DNA of 64,000 bases from an uncultured Acidobacteriota bacterium. Lineage in GTDB: Bacteria; Acidobacteriota; Thermoanaerobaculia; UBA5066. The stretch covers positions 352,001 to 416,000 of the forward strand of contig CAVZYA010000001.1 in the NCBI GenBank assembly GCA_963779415.1, given 5' to 3'. Position 1 is the first letter of the stretch; the number at the start of each line of letters is the position of its first letter. Positions 19,461 to 28,817 of the stretch are shown here, piece after piece. A program made the translations under genes and the position numbers. The notes beneath the pieces are model-generated. The model was not told the origin of the DNA, searched no databases, and was given only the letters and a program-made list of their open reading frames with translations.

Positions 19461-20665
19461 TGGGGTTTCGCTTCTCCCGCCGTGCCTCTTCCGTCGCCCC
19501 CTCGGCCACGCTCGAGGTCCTGCAGGCCGCGGCGTCGCTCCGCGAGCGGGGCGTCGACGTCGTCGATCTCGGCCCCGGCGAGCCCGACTTCCACACGCCG
19601 GAGTTCGTCAAGGAAGCGGCCATCGCGGCGATCCGCGCGAACTTTACGAGGTACACGGACGTCTTCGGCATTCCCGAGCTTCGCTTCGCGGTCTCGGACC
19701 ACTACCGCAGGGCGTGGGGGAGCCCGTGGGGCCCGCGGAACGTTCTCGTCACCGCCGGTGGGAAGCAGGCCCTCCACACGGCGTGTCTCGCCCTCTTCGA
19801 GGAGGGGGACGACGTGCTGGTTCCCCGTCCCTACTGGGTCTCGTTCCCCGAGATGGTGAAGCTGGCCGGGGCGAGGCCCGTCTTCGTCCCGACGAGCCCG
19901 GAGAACGGCCACCGGCTCCGGGCCTCCGACGTCGAGCGGAGCGCGACCGACGCGACGCGGGGCGTCATCCTCAACTCACCGAACAACCCGACGGGCGCCG
20001 TCATGGAGGCGGGGGAGATCGAGAAGATCGTCCGCCTCGCTGCGGACCGGGGGTGGGTCGTTATCTCGGACGAGTGCTACGACCGGCTCGTCTACGAGGG
20101 AAAGCACTTTTCGGCGGCCGCGCTTGGCGATCGGTACCCGAAGACGGTCCTCGTCTGCGGGTCGCTCTCGAAGACGTTCGCCCTGACGGGCTGGCGGATC
20201 GGCTTCGCCCTCGGCCACGAGGAGCTGGTCGCGATGATGGGGCGGCTCGTCTCGCACGCCACGACGAACGTCTGCTCGATCACCCAGCGGGCTGCGCTCG
20301 CGGCCCTCACCAGCCCGGACGAGGCGGAGGCCGCCACGCACGCGATGTTCCGCGAGTACGCGAGGCGGCGGGACTTCCTGATCCCGGCTCTCGCCTCCCT
20401 CCCCGGAGTCCGCTGCGCCCCCCCGGGGGGCGCCCTCTACGCCTTCCCCGACGTCTCCGCGCACTTCGGAAAGCGGCTCGGAGGGATCGACCTGACCGGC
20501 TCGGCCCCCTTCGCGAGGGCGCTTCTCGATACCGTCGCCGTCGCCGTCACCCCCGGCATCGCCTTCGGCGACGACCGCGGCGTCAGGCTCTCCTTCGCCA
20601 CCTCGATGGAGCGGCTCGAGGAAGGGATCGCCCGGATCCGGAAGGCGCTGGGGGAGATCGGTTGA
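19460..20665 (+). CDS. PLP-dependent aspartate aminotransferase (second paralog)
   Basis: [29 protein letters not shown]; ATG overlaps pckA stop. Confidence 0.9.
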   Translation: MGFRFSRRASSVAPSATLEVLQAAASLRERGVDVVDLGPGEPDFHTPEFVKEAAIAAIRANFTRYTDVFGIPELRFAVSDHYRRAWGSPWGPRNVLVTAGGKQALHTACLALFEEGDDVLVPRPYWVSFPEMVKLAGARPVFVPTSPENGHRLRASDVERSATDATRGVILNSPNNPTGAVMEAGEIEKIVRLAADRGWVVISDECYDRLVYEGKHFSAAALGDRYPKTVLVCGSLSKTFALTGWRIGFALGHEELVAMMGRLVSHATTNVCSITQRAALAALTSPDEAEAATHAMFREYARRRDFLIPALASLPGVRCAPPGGALYAFPDVSAHFGKRLGGIDLTGSAPFARALLDTVAVAVTPGIAFGDDRGVRLSFATSMERLEEGIARIRKALGEIG

Positions 20666-20698
20666 ACGACCGATCGGCTCTTCAGCCCGAAAACACCC

Positions 20699-21118
20699 TC
20701 AGGCCACGCCGACGACGGGAATCCCGTGTGCCCGGGCGGCGCGGGCAAGGGCAGCGTCGTGCGTGGCGAAGGTGAGCGGCTCGCGAACGGCTTCCTGGTA
20801 GAGGAGTGCGGTCGCCAGGTGGATGGCGTCCAGCGTTCCGAGAACGGTCGGAAGCGGCTGTGCCGCCCGCTCGAGGATCTCGCGGCTCGGATCGACGAGC
20901 GTCAGGCTGTCGAGGAGGGCGATGAGACACTCCCGACGACGGGCGGTCTCCTCGTCGCTCAAGCTCTCCTCGAGTCTCAGGCGGTCCAGAGTTCGAAGGC
21001 ATTCGACCTCCGCAAGGCCGCTCGAAACGCCCCGGCGGATCCGTCTCCAGCTCCGAAGTCGCCGCGGCTGGTCCAGAGCGACCCGCAGGAGCACGGACGA
21101 ATCAATGTAGACGATCAA
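20699..21118 (-). CDS. vapC: VapC PIN-domain toxin
   Basis: IVYIDSS, LDAIHLATA, FATHD; TTG start overlaps antitoxin stop. Confidence 0.88.
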   Translation of the reverse strand: MIVYIDSSVLLRVALDQPRRLRSWRRIRRGVSSGLAEVECLRTLDRLRLEESLSDEETARRRECLIALLDSLTLVDPSREILERAAQPLPTVLGTLDAIHLATALLYQEAVREPLTFATHDAALARAARAHGIPVVGVA

Positions 21119-21378
21119 CGGGCGCTCTGCCGCTCCTCGAGCAGGAGCTCCACGACGTCTCGCCGGGTCTTGAGCCGGCGCGGAAGGCGGACGCGCCCGG
21201 GCACCGGCGCTCCGGCTTTCGGCGGCCGAAGGCTCAGACTCGTCGCCGTCGGGCCGACGGGCACCAGCCGGGCGACAGGCTCTGTGCGGTTCAGGACCGT
21301 CACGCTTCCGCCCCTTCGGGCGATACGGACATAGTGCGAAAGGCGCGCCTTGAGTGCCGCGATCGAAACCGTGCTCAT
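21115..21378 (-). CDS. Phd/YefM family antitoxin
   Basis: VSIAALKARLSHYV...G..VTV...PVARLVP; directly upstream of vapC. Confidence 0.88.
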   Translation of the reverse strand: MSTVSIAALKARLSHYVRIARRGGSVTVLNRTEPVARLVPVGPTATSLSLRPPKAGAPVPGRVRLPRRLKTRRDVVELLLEERQSAR

Positions 21379-21405
21379 GACCAGATGATAGCCCTTTCTG
21401 GTCAT
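21377..21405. promoter_or_regulatory. Inverted-repeat operator over the TA promoter
   Basis: ATGACCAGA-N11-TCTGGTCAT perfect 9-bp arms overlapping the minus-strand TATCAT -10 box and the start codon. Confidence 0.7.
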
Positions 21406-21536
21406 CCACGGAATGGCGTGGCCAGCGAAAGAGCGATGCGTCCGGATCTGCTTCCCCACTTGTATGGAGCGACTCGAGGAAGGGATCGCCACGGGTCCGG
21501 AAGGAGCTTTCCGAAATGCGGTAGGCCTGCGTCAAC

Positions 21537-24225
21537 TCACTTCGCCCCCGGGACCCGCCGCTTCACCTCCTCGAACCAATTCAGGACGACTTTGACGTGC
21601 GCCGGGCCCGATTCGGCGGGGTCTGGTTTGATCATGAGGAAGCGCGTCCCGTCGGGCGCGACGTCGTAGCTCCCGCGAAAACGCCCCTCGAAGAGCGTCC
21701 GCGGGCGCCCGGGACGAAACGTCGGCTTCGTCTCGACGTCTGCGGCCATCATCTTGTCCCCGTTCCGGTAGAAAAGTTCGCGGCCGCTCTTGGACCAGCG
21801 CGGCCCGTACCCCCCTTCGGTCGAGATCTGCCACCTGGGGCCCGGGAACGGCCGGACGAAGACCTCCCCGTGCCCCGACTCGTTCGAGAAGTACGCGACC
21901 CATCGGCCGTCGGGTGAAAACTGAGCGGCTCCTTCCATGAACTTTGTCTGGAAGAAGGGACGCGACGTTCTCTCACCGCTGAGCGGCAGAACGTAGATGT
22001 GCTGTTTGATGTCTAGGAGGCCGCGGGGGTCATGAAGTATTCCCGTGAAAATCACAACACTTCCATCGGGTGACACAGAGGAAGGGAGTTCTTGCAGGTT
22101 GTTCTGGGTGCCCATTGTGGCAAGCTCGGGCGGGGTGCTCCCATCGGCGCTCAGCCAATGGACTTTTTCCGGGTAGAACGCCGACGTCGAAATGCCGAGG
22201 GCAATCCGTTTCCCTTCCGGCGCCCAGGCCGGACCCCGGAGAATCCCCTCTACCGGCGACCGCGTCAGTGTCCCCCGGGCGAGTTCTCCGATAAGCAGTG
22301 CCGTCGTTTCGGCTTCCTCGAAGACAATCGCTGCAATGCGCCCTCCGTCCGCCGAGAGGGCCACCTCCTTGTAGTCCCGGGGCGGAAAAGGAACCGTTTC
22401 CACCGTGCCTTTCCGGTCCACCCAGACCAAGCTTCGCTGCAATCGCCCTCGTGAGCGGTAGACAAGCGTCCCATGGGACGAGAGGGCCATTTGGGCCGAA
22501 TTCGTGAAGATGCGATTCGTAACGAGGTCGTCGAGCACCGGTACGGCGAGACCGGACACTTCGAGCCGCTTCAGACTGAACGGCACTGCTAGAAGAGAGC
22601 CGCTCCGTGTGAAGACAAGGTGGCCCGTCTGTAAGAACCGGGGATTCGCCGCGTTCTCCGCAACGGCCCTGCGCTCCCCCGTCCGGAGCGAGACAACGGC
22701 GGCGCGGGGTACCGCATTCGGGGCCACGCTTCCGATCTGGAAGAGGACATGTTCACCGTCCGGAAGGATCTCTGCGAACTCGTGTACTTCCGAGCTTGAG
22801 GCATCGACTTTAGTCAGCGCCTGGGATTCGCCGCCCGACGCCGGGATGCGGTAGAGACCCGACATGGCGCTGGGCGCGAAGACGATCGTTCCGTCCGCCC
22901 CCCAGCTTCCATGGCTACCGTAAGTCGGAGCGTCGCAGAGAATGATCGGCGAGCCGCCGGCGAGTGACACCTTCTTCAGCTTTCCTTCGGAAAAGAAGCC
23001 GACCCAGAGTCCGTCCGGAGAAAAGAAGGGGCTGACTCCGCCCTCGGACCCCGCGATCGACTTGATCTCCTCCCGGTCGAGCGAACGGACGAAAAGCCTG
23101 CTTCCGACGTAGACGAGGGTCTTCCCGTCGGGGGACAGAGCGAGCGAGTGGAAATCCGCAGAGAATCGAGGCGGGGCATCGATCGGAAAAGAGAGCGAAA
23201 GGCTGATGGGCGAAGCGAGAGGAGATCCAGATCGCAGAAACCGATTACCGAGGAGGAGACCAATCACGGCGGTGAGCGCGGCGACAGCCGCCAGCGCCCA
23301 GAAGGGGACCCTGCGGCGAAGACGCGGCACGCCAGCGAGAGAGACATCCGCCGTGCTGACCGCCTCCGAGAGGTGAACCCGGAGGTTCTGCAGCTCCTTC
23401 GCGAGGTCCTTGGTCGAGGAGTAACGCTCCTCCCTGTCCTTCGAGAGACATCGTTGGACGATCCAACTAACGAGCGCCGGGAGCTTCGGGTCGAGCTTTG
23501 ATAGCGGCTCGGGTTCCTCGCGGATGATGGCGACCATTGTCTCGGCCGCGGAGTCGCGGACGAACGGCCGCTTTCCCGTCAGCATCTCGTAAAGAACCGT
23601 TCCGAGCGAGAACTGGTCGCTCCGGAAGTCGACAGTCTCCCCTCGTGCCTGCTCCGGCGACATGTAGGCCACCGTCCCGAGGACGACCCCTTTCTCGCTC
23701 ACGGCTGCCAGCGTGGGAGACCGGGTGTCGGAGGGGTCGTGGCGCGTGACGTCGTGCCGGGCGAGGCCGAAGTCGAGGAGCTTGGCGTGGCCGTCCTTCG
23801 TCAGGAAGATGTTCTCGGGCTTGACGTCCCGGTGGACGATTCCTTTCCCGTGCGCCGCCGCCAGCCCTTCCGCTACCTTCAGCCCGACGTCGAGGGCCTT
23901 CTTGAGCGGCAGCGGCCCCTTGCCCAGCGTCTCGCGCAGCGTCCCGCCTTCGAGAAGCTCCTGAACTAGGAGGAGCCGACCGGAGATTTCTTCGAATGAG
24001 TAGATCGCGGCGATGTTCGGGTGGTTCAGCGCCGCCAGCGCGCGAGCCTCTCTCTCGAAGCGCGCCTTCCCGTCTTCACTTTCTAAGAAATCTCCCGGCA
24101 GGACCTTCATCGCCACTTCCCGGCCGAGCCTCGTGTCCTTCGCCCGGTAAACCTCGCCCATTCCGCCCGCGCCGAGGGGCGAGGATCTCGTATGGGCCCA
24201 GCTTGGTGCCAACGGCCAGAGTCAT
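21537..24225 (-). CDS. Ser/Thr protein kinase with TM helix and TolB/WD40-like beta-propeller; frameshift near N-terminus
   Basis: MTLAVGTKLGPYEI (ATG 24225) then LGAGGMGEVY, HRDVKPEN, DFG, YMSPE; repeated SPDG propeller blades. Confidence 0.88.
24073..24091 (-). repeat. Intragenic AT-rich motif copy (ATTTCTTAGAAAGTGAAGA)
   Basis: Near-identical to copies at 15111, 41816, 56261. Confidence 0.7.
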
Positions 24226-24231
24226 TGCACA

Positions 24232-24300
24232 CCGCAGCAGGGGGTCCGGGGGACGCCCGTAGGCGAGTCCCCGGGAAGCAGCCGAGGCGGGTCCCTGCGG
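24232..24300. repeat. GC-rich multi-stem palindromic element between the two kinase genes
   Basis: CCGCAG..CTGCGG outer arms enclosing CCGGGGGAC-GCC-CGTA-GGC-GA-GTCCCCGG hairpin. Confidence 0.45.
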
Positions 24301-24323
24301 CGATCATGCCGGTCAGTGACTCC

Positions 24324-26894
24324 CTATTTCAGGCCTTCCACGAGATAGAGTTCGTCGAGAATTCGCAGATAGCCGTACGCGTAACTCCGTGCATCCCGCG
24401 TGACGACGAATTTCGCCACACGGACGCCGGCAGGATCCGGAACCTCGAACGTCTTCCACAACCGCCTCTCTCCGGACTGGACGTCGATACCAAACACATC
24501 GAGGCGGGTTCCCTCGTGGCTGACGAAGAGTGTCCGGCCATCCGCGCTCCACTGGCTGACCCATTCTCTGGGGACGAGCTTCGCCACCGGCTTGGGCTCC
24601 CCGCCCTGCAGCTGAAAGAGCACGACCGTGGAATCCTGAGTGACCGCGGCCACCCACTGTCCATCGGGAGATGTCACGACACCCACGGCGCCCTCGGGCG
24701 TCACCGCGCGTGGCACGCCGCCGGGTAGCTCCTGAACCCAGGTTCGCTGCGGACGCTCACGCTCGGCTCCCACAAACACAATCTGGCGGCCGCCCGGAAG
24801 GAAACTCCCGTTCTGGTAGGTCTCCACCTTGGCGGGCGGCAAGGAGAGCGTCTCCCCGGGGCCGGTCGGGATGAGAACCAGTCGATGCGGGGGGCCGTAG
24901 CGAATCGCGAGGGCCCACCGACCATCCGGCGAGAGCGCGCACCCCGAGCCTTCCCCGAGCCGCACCGGGGGAGATCCGTCCATGCTCCTCAGATAGGCCG
25001 TGTAGGTAGGGCCGGCGGTCTCGCCGATATCGTTAAGGAGCAGCAGCCTGCCGTCAGACGAAAGAGCCCGCGGCCATGGAAAGTCGAGCCAGCCAAGCTC
25101 TTTCTCCTTGTCCTCCGCGGATGACCTGCCCCGGATGCCCGACTGTTCTCTCTCGGAGGCGAGCAGGGCGCGGCCATCCGGGGCCACGTCAAAGAGGACG
25201 ACGTTCGACGGGAATCGAGCGACGGTGCGCTGCCGGCCGTCCAGATTCACGCTGAAAAGATCGCGCCGCGACGCGGAAGGGCTGGCCGTGAACCAGACCT
25301 CACGCCCGTTCGCCGACCACGCAAGGCCCGCGACACTATTGAACTCGCTCGTGAGCGTCGTCTTTCGGCCCACCAACTCCACGACCGCTACGCTGCCTCT
25401 GTCGTCATCCACGACGGAATGCTCGGTGAAAGCAATCCGGCGGCCGTCCGGTGAGACGCGGGCGTCGCCAAACCAGCCCGACGTCCTGGCGAGAACGTGC
25501 CCCGGGGGCATTTCGAGCCGGTCCTCGCCACCGATGCGCCTCACGACGGCCAGGGTCGTTCCGTCAGGCGACCAGTCGGCGCAGGAGACATCCTCCAACA
25601 GATCACGCGGCGCGCTCCCGGAACCAGGGACGACCGCCAGCGAGCCATACCCCCAGGCGAACCCTTCCGCCTGCCTCCTCAAGGCGAGCTCCCCTGTGCG
25701 CGAAATGGCTTGCAGGGCGATGTCTGGCAGGCCAAGTGAACGGGTCGTGGAAAGATCCGTTCGCGTCTCGAAAACTTCGTGGGAACGTCCGTCCCACGCG
25801 GCGCTGTAGAGCACGCCCTTCCCGTCCGGAGTGAATCGGGCGTTCGCGATGGAGCCCCGCTGGAACGAAAGACGCCTGAATGTCGGAGGCTCGGGCCCAC
25901 GTTTCGTCAGACGACCCGCAAGGAAGAAACCGGCGACAAGGAGGGCGGCACCGAGTCCGATCCCCGCGATCGTCTTTACGGCGAGCCGTCTTCTGAAAGG
26001 TGCCTTACCGCCTTCGATTGCGGGCGCAACCGCGCCGGCTCCAGTCATCCCCTCCAGATCGAAAGCCAGGTCCCGAGCCGACTGGAAGCGTTCGTCCGGG
26101 TCCTTCGCCAGGCAGCGCTTTACGATCCGATCCAGCGCCGGCGGAGTGAGGGGCCGTAGCTCCACCATCGACCGCGGCACCTCCTTGAGAATCGCCGCGA
26201 TCAGGCTCGCCTGGCTCGCCCCCTCGAAGGCACGCTTGCCCGTCGCCATCTCGTACATCACGCACCCAAGTGCCCAGAGGTCCGTCCGCGCGTCCGCTTC
26301 CTTCCCCTCCAGTTGCTCGGGCGCCATGTACTGGAACGTTCCGACGATCGTCCCCTCGGCCGTCAGCGACCGGCTCACCGTCGGCGATTCGGTCAGGGCG
26401 CCGGCCCCCGGCGCCAACCCGGTGGCGCGAGCGAGACCGAAGTCCATGAGCTTCGCCCCGCTCTTCGTCAGCATGACGTTACCGGGCTTCAGGTCCCGGT
26501 GGACGATCCAGCCGCGGTGGGCGCGATCCAGCGCGCTCGCGATTTCGGTTCCGATGCGAAAAACGTCCGTGAGCGGCAGCGCCTCTTTCTCCAGCCGGTG
26601 GGCGAGGGTCTCTCCCTCGAGCAGCTCCATCACCAGATAGTCGATCCCCTCGTGGCGACCGATGTCATGGAGGGTGCAGATGTGAGGGTCGTTGAGCTGC
26701 GAGATCGCCCGCGCTTCGCGCTCGAATCGCGCGCGGACTTCCGAGTTCGCCGAGAGGTGCGTCGGCAGCACTTTGATCGCCACGTCGCGCCCGAGCCGCG
26801 TGTCCCTCGCCCGGTAGACCTCGCCCATCCCCCCCGCGCCGAGAGGGGCAACGATCTCGTAGGGCCCGAGGCGCGTGCCCGCGGAGAGGCCCAT
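24324..26894 (-). CDS. Ser/Thr protein kinase with TM helix and TolB/WD40-like beta-propeller
   Basis: LGAGGMGEVY, HRDLKPGN, DFG, YMAPE; WSPDG/SPDG repeats. Confidence 0.92.
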   Translation of the reverse strand: MGLSAGTRLGPYEIVAPLGAGGMGEVYRARDTRLGRDVAIKVLPTHLSANSEVRARFEREARAISQLNDPHICTLHDIGRHEGIDYLVMELLEGETLAHRLEKEALPLTDVFRIGTEIASALDRAHRGWIVHRDLKPGNVMLTKSGAKLMDFGLARATGLAPGAGALTESPTVSRSLTAEGTIVGTFQYMAPEQLEGKEADARTDLWALGCVMYEMATGKRAFEGASQASLIAAILKEVPRSMVELRPLTPPALDRIVKRCLAKDPDERFQSARDLAFDLEGMTGAGAVAPAIEGGKAPFRRRLAVKTIAGIGLGAALLVAGFFLAGRLTKRGPEPPTFRRLSFQRGSIANARFTPDGKGVLYSAAWDGRSHEVFETRTDLSTTRSLGLPDIALQAISRTGELALRRQAEGFAWGYGSLAVVPGSGSAPRDLLEDVSCADWSPDGTTLAVVRRIGGEDRLEMPPGHVLARTSGWFGDARVSPDGRRIAFTEHSVVDDDRGSVAVVELVGRKTTLTSEFNSVAGLAWSANGREVWFTASPSASRRDLFSVNLDGRQRTVARFPSNVVLFDVAPDGRALLASEREQSGIRGRSSAEDKEKELGWLDFPWPRALSSDGRLLLLNDIGETAGPTYTAYLRSMDGSPPVRLGEGSGCALSPDGRWALAIRYGPPHRLVLIPTGPGETLSLPPAKVETYQNGSFLPGGRQIVFVGAERERPQRTWVQELPGGVPRAVTPEGAVGVVTSPDGQWVAAVTQDSTVVLFQLQGGEPKPVAKLVPREWVSQWSADGRTLFVSHEGTRLDVFGIDVQSGERRLWKTFEVPDPAGVRVAKFVVTRDARSYAYGYLRILDELYLVEGLK

Positions 26895-27061
26895 GGAACC
26901 GCCTCCCCGGGTCGGAGGAAGGTGCGGGTCGTGCCCCCCGCGCGGCGGCGCTCGTTCCGGCGGCCCGTCAGGTTCGTGTTACTGCGGAGATTCTAAACCC
27001 GCCCCGTTTGTCGGAATTCCTCCCTCTGTTACATTGGCCGGCGGAAGGAGCCGAAAGCGCC

Positions 27062-27352
27062 ATGAACGAAGAGCGACGCGAGAACGCCGACGCCGGCAAG
27101 GCTCCCGAAAAGCACGACGAGCGGGTCCGGACGGCGTTCGACGGCCTGCACGAGTCGCTCGGCGAGCGGGCGACGCCCGAAGCGCGCGAGTCGGTCGAGA
27201 AGCTGCGGGAGGCGGCTCTCGGCCGCGACGGCGCCCGCGTCAGAACCCTCCTCGAGGAGGTCCGGGAGCGCCATGGCTGGCTCTACGAGGAGCTGGCCCG
27301 CCACCCGAAGGTCGCCGAGCTGATCAACGAGCTGGCGTTGATGGGGCTCTGA
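27062..27352 (+). CDS. Small helical hypothetical protein (DUF4404-like C-terminus)
   Basis: AAGGAG RBS; ends HPKVAELINELALMGL. Confidence 0.6.
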   Translation: MNEERRENADAGKAPEKHDERVRTAFDGLHESLGERATPEARESVEKLREAALGRDGARVRTLLEEVRERHGWLYEELARHPKVAELINELALMGL

Positions 27353-27375
27353 GAGCCGGGAGGTTTGAAAGAAGA

Positions 27376-27624
27376 TCAGGCCGCAGCCTGGCTGCCGCCG
27401 GCGTTTCGCACGAGAACGGTCGGTTCGGCGTCGGGTGGCGGGACCGGGAGTTTCTGCTCGCGAAGAATGGACACGTGCTCGGCCATGCCGAAGCGCGCCT
27501 TGTAGACACAATCCTCGATCGAGCTGCCGACCCCCGTGAAGCCTTCGAGAGTAGGCGAGAAGAAGCTGAAAAAGAGGGGATCGGCGGTCGCCTCGATCAC
27601 GAGCGAGTACTTCAGGTCGATCAT
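27376..27624 (-). CDS. hicB: HicB family antitoxin
   Basis: YSLVIE..F..PTLEG..G.G.SIED...EH...L...VP; downstream of hicA. Confidence 0.82.
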   Translation of the reverse strand: MIDLKYSLVIEATADPLFFSFFSPTLEGFTGVGSSIEDCVYKARFGMAEHVSILREQKLPVPPPDAEPTVLVRNAGGSQAAA

Positions 27625-27628
27625 GTCG

Positions 27629-27823
27629 TCACCGCTCCTTCCGGATCCCCGCCGCCTTCAGTATTGCGTGGCAGGTTCCCGATGGGATCTCCTTCGCCCC
27701 ATGAAAGTCTACGCGAACGATTCGTTCATGGCCCGTTTTCGCGTAGTACCGGACCGAGCCCTTCTCCCGGATCACGCGAAAGCCGTTCGCCTCCAGCAGC
27801 TGAACCAGCTCGCTGAATCTCAC
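27629..27823 (-). CDS. hicA: HicA family toxin
   Basis: LEANGF...KGS...HGAKEIPSGT...ILKAAG, 64 aa. Confidence 0.85.
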   Translation of the reverse strand: MRFSELVQLLEANGFRVIREKGSVRYYAKTGHERIVRVDFHGAKEIPSGTCHAILKAAGIRKER

Positions 27824-27872
27824 CGCCTGATTATCGAGGAGCCTAAGTCCCGAGGAGAAGGATCACGAAAGA

Positions 27873-28817
27873 TCACACCGGGGCTGGCACCACCGCATCC
27901 GCCGGCGGGACTTCCCACGGGACGGGGACGTAGATGGGCGGCGTCAGCTCGTCCCGCCGGACCTCATCGAACCGGATGAGGCTGGCCCAGAACCCGATGC
28001 GCGCCATTGCCGAGATGACGAACCCGATCTGCCGGACAAGGACGAGCCAGAGGACCCCGGCTCCCGTCTGCGGATTCATCCTCACACCGATGTTCGTGAA
28101 GAGCGCCTGGACGGCGACGGCGACGACGGTCCAGACGAGGGCGATCATGAGGACACGTCCCCGGGCCCCCCTCATCCGCTTCTTCGCGAGCTTGTATGCG
28201 CCGCGGGCGTTCCGGGCTTCGCTCCGTGCGAGAGCGATCCGGGCGAGATCGAATTTCAGCGAGACGAGGTAGAGAACGAGGATCCCCGCCACGAGGACCC
28301 ACAGCTCCCGCGTCGAGGCCCAGAAGGCGTTCGGCGGCTGGTTCTCGGCCAGCTTCTTGAAGAGCCGCGCCGGTGCCGCGACGAGAAGGCCCATCCAGAA
28401 CGCGAGCCCGATCAGGTAGCGGGCGCCGGCCCAGAGATTCGGCTTGAAGAGCGCCGCGGACTCGGCCACGACGCGCCGGAAGACCGGCCTCGGAATCCCC
28501 GTCATGAGGGTCCTGAAAACGCCCCCCGTCAGGAAGAACTGGATCAGGAGGGACGCCGTGAGGGTCGCGACGAGGAGCGCGTGGAGGAGTCCCCACTCCC
28601 CGGGATGGAGGAGATACCACGACAGCATCCCCCACGAGTCCCACCCCTTCAGGAGACCCTCCCGAAACGGACTCTCGTCGAAGAGCCGCGTGAGCCTGCC
28701 GAGCGGGGTGCAGACGAGGCCGGCCGGCACGGCGATGGCGAGCCAGAGGACGATCGCGAGCCGGCGGTGCGCGAAGGCGGCGTGGACGCCGGCGGCGAGA
28801 GGGCGTTCGTTCTTCAC
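27873..28817 (-). CDS. Hypothetical multi-pass membrane protein
   Basis: About 6 hydrophobic segments; GTGA overlap with M1 peptidase stop. Confidence 0.7.
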   Translation of the reverse strand: MKNERPLAAGVHAAFAHRRLAIVLWLAIAVPAGLVCTPLGRLTRLFDESPFREGLLKGWDSWGMLSWYLLHPGEWGLLHALLVATLTASLLIQFFLTGGVFRTLMTGIPRPVFRRVVAESAALFKPNLWAGARYLIGLAFWMGLLVAAPARLFKKLAENQPPNAFWASTRELWVLVAGILVLYLVSLKFDLARIALARSEARNARGAYKLAKKRMRGARGRVLMIALVWTVVAVAVQALFTNIGVRMNPQTGAGVLWLVLVRQIGFVISAMARIGFWASLIRFDEVRRDELTPPIYVPVPWEVPPADAVVPAPV

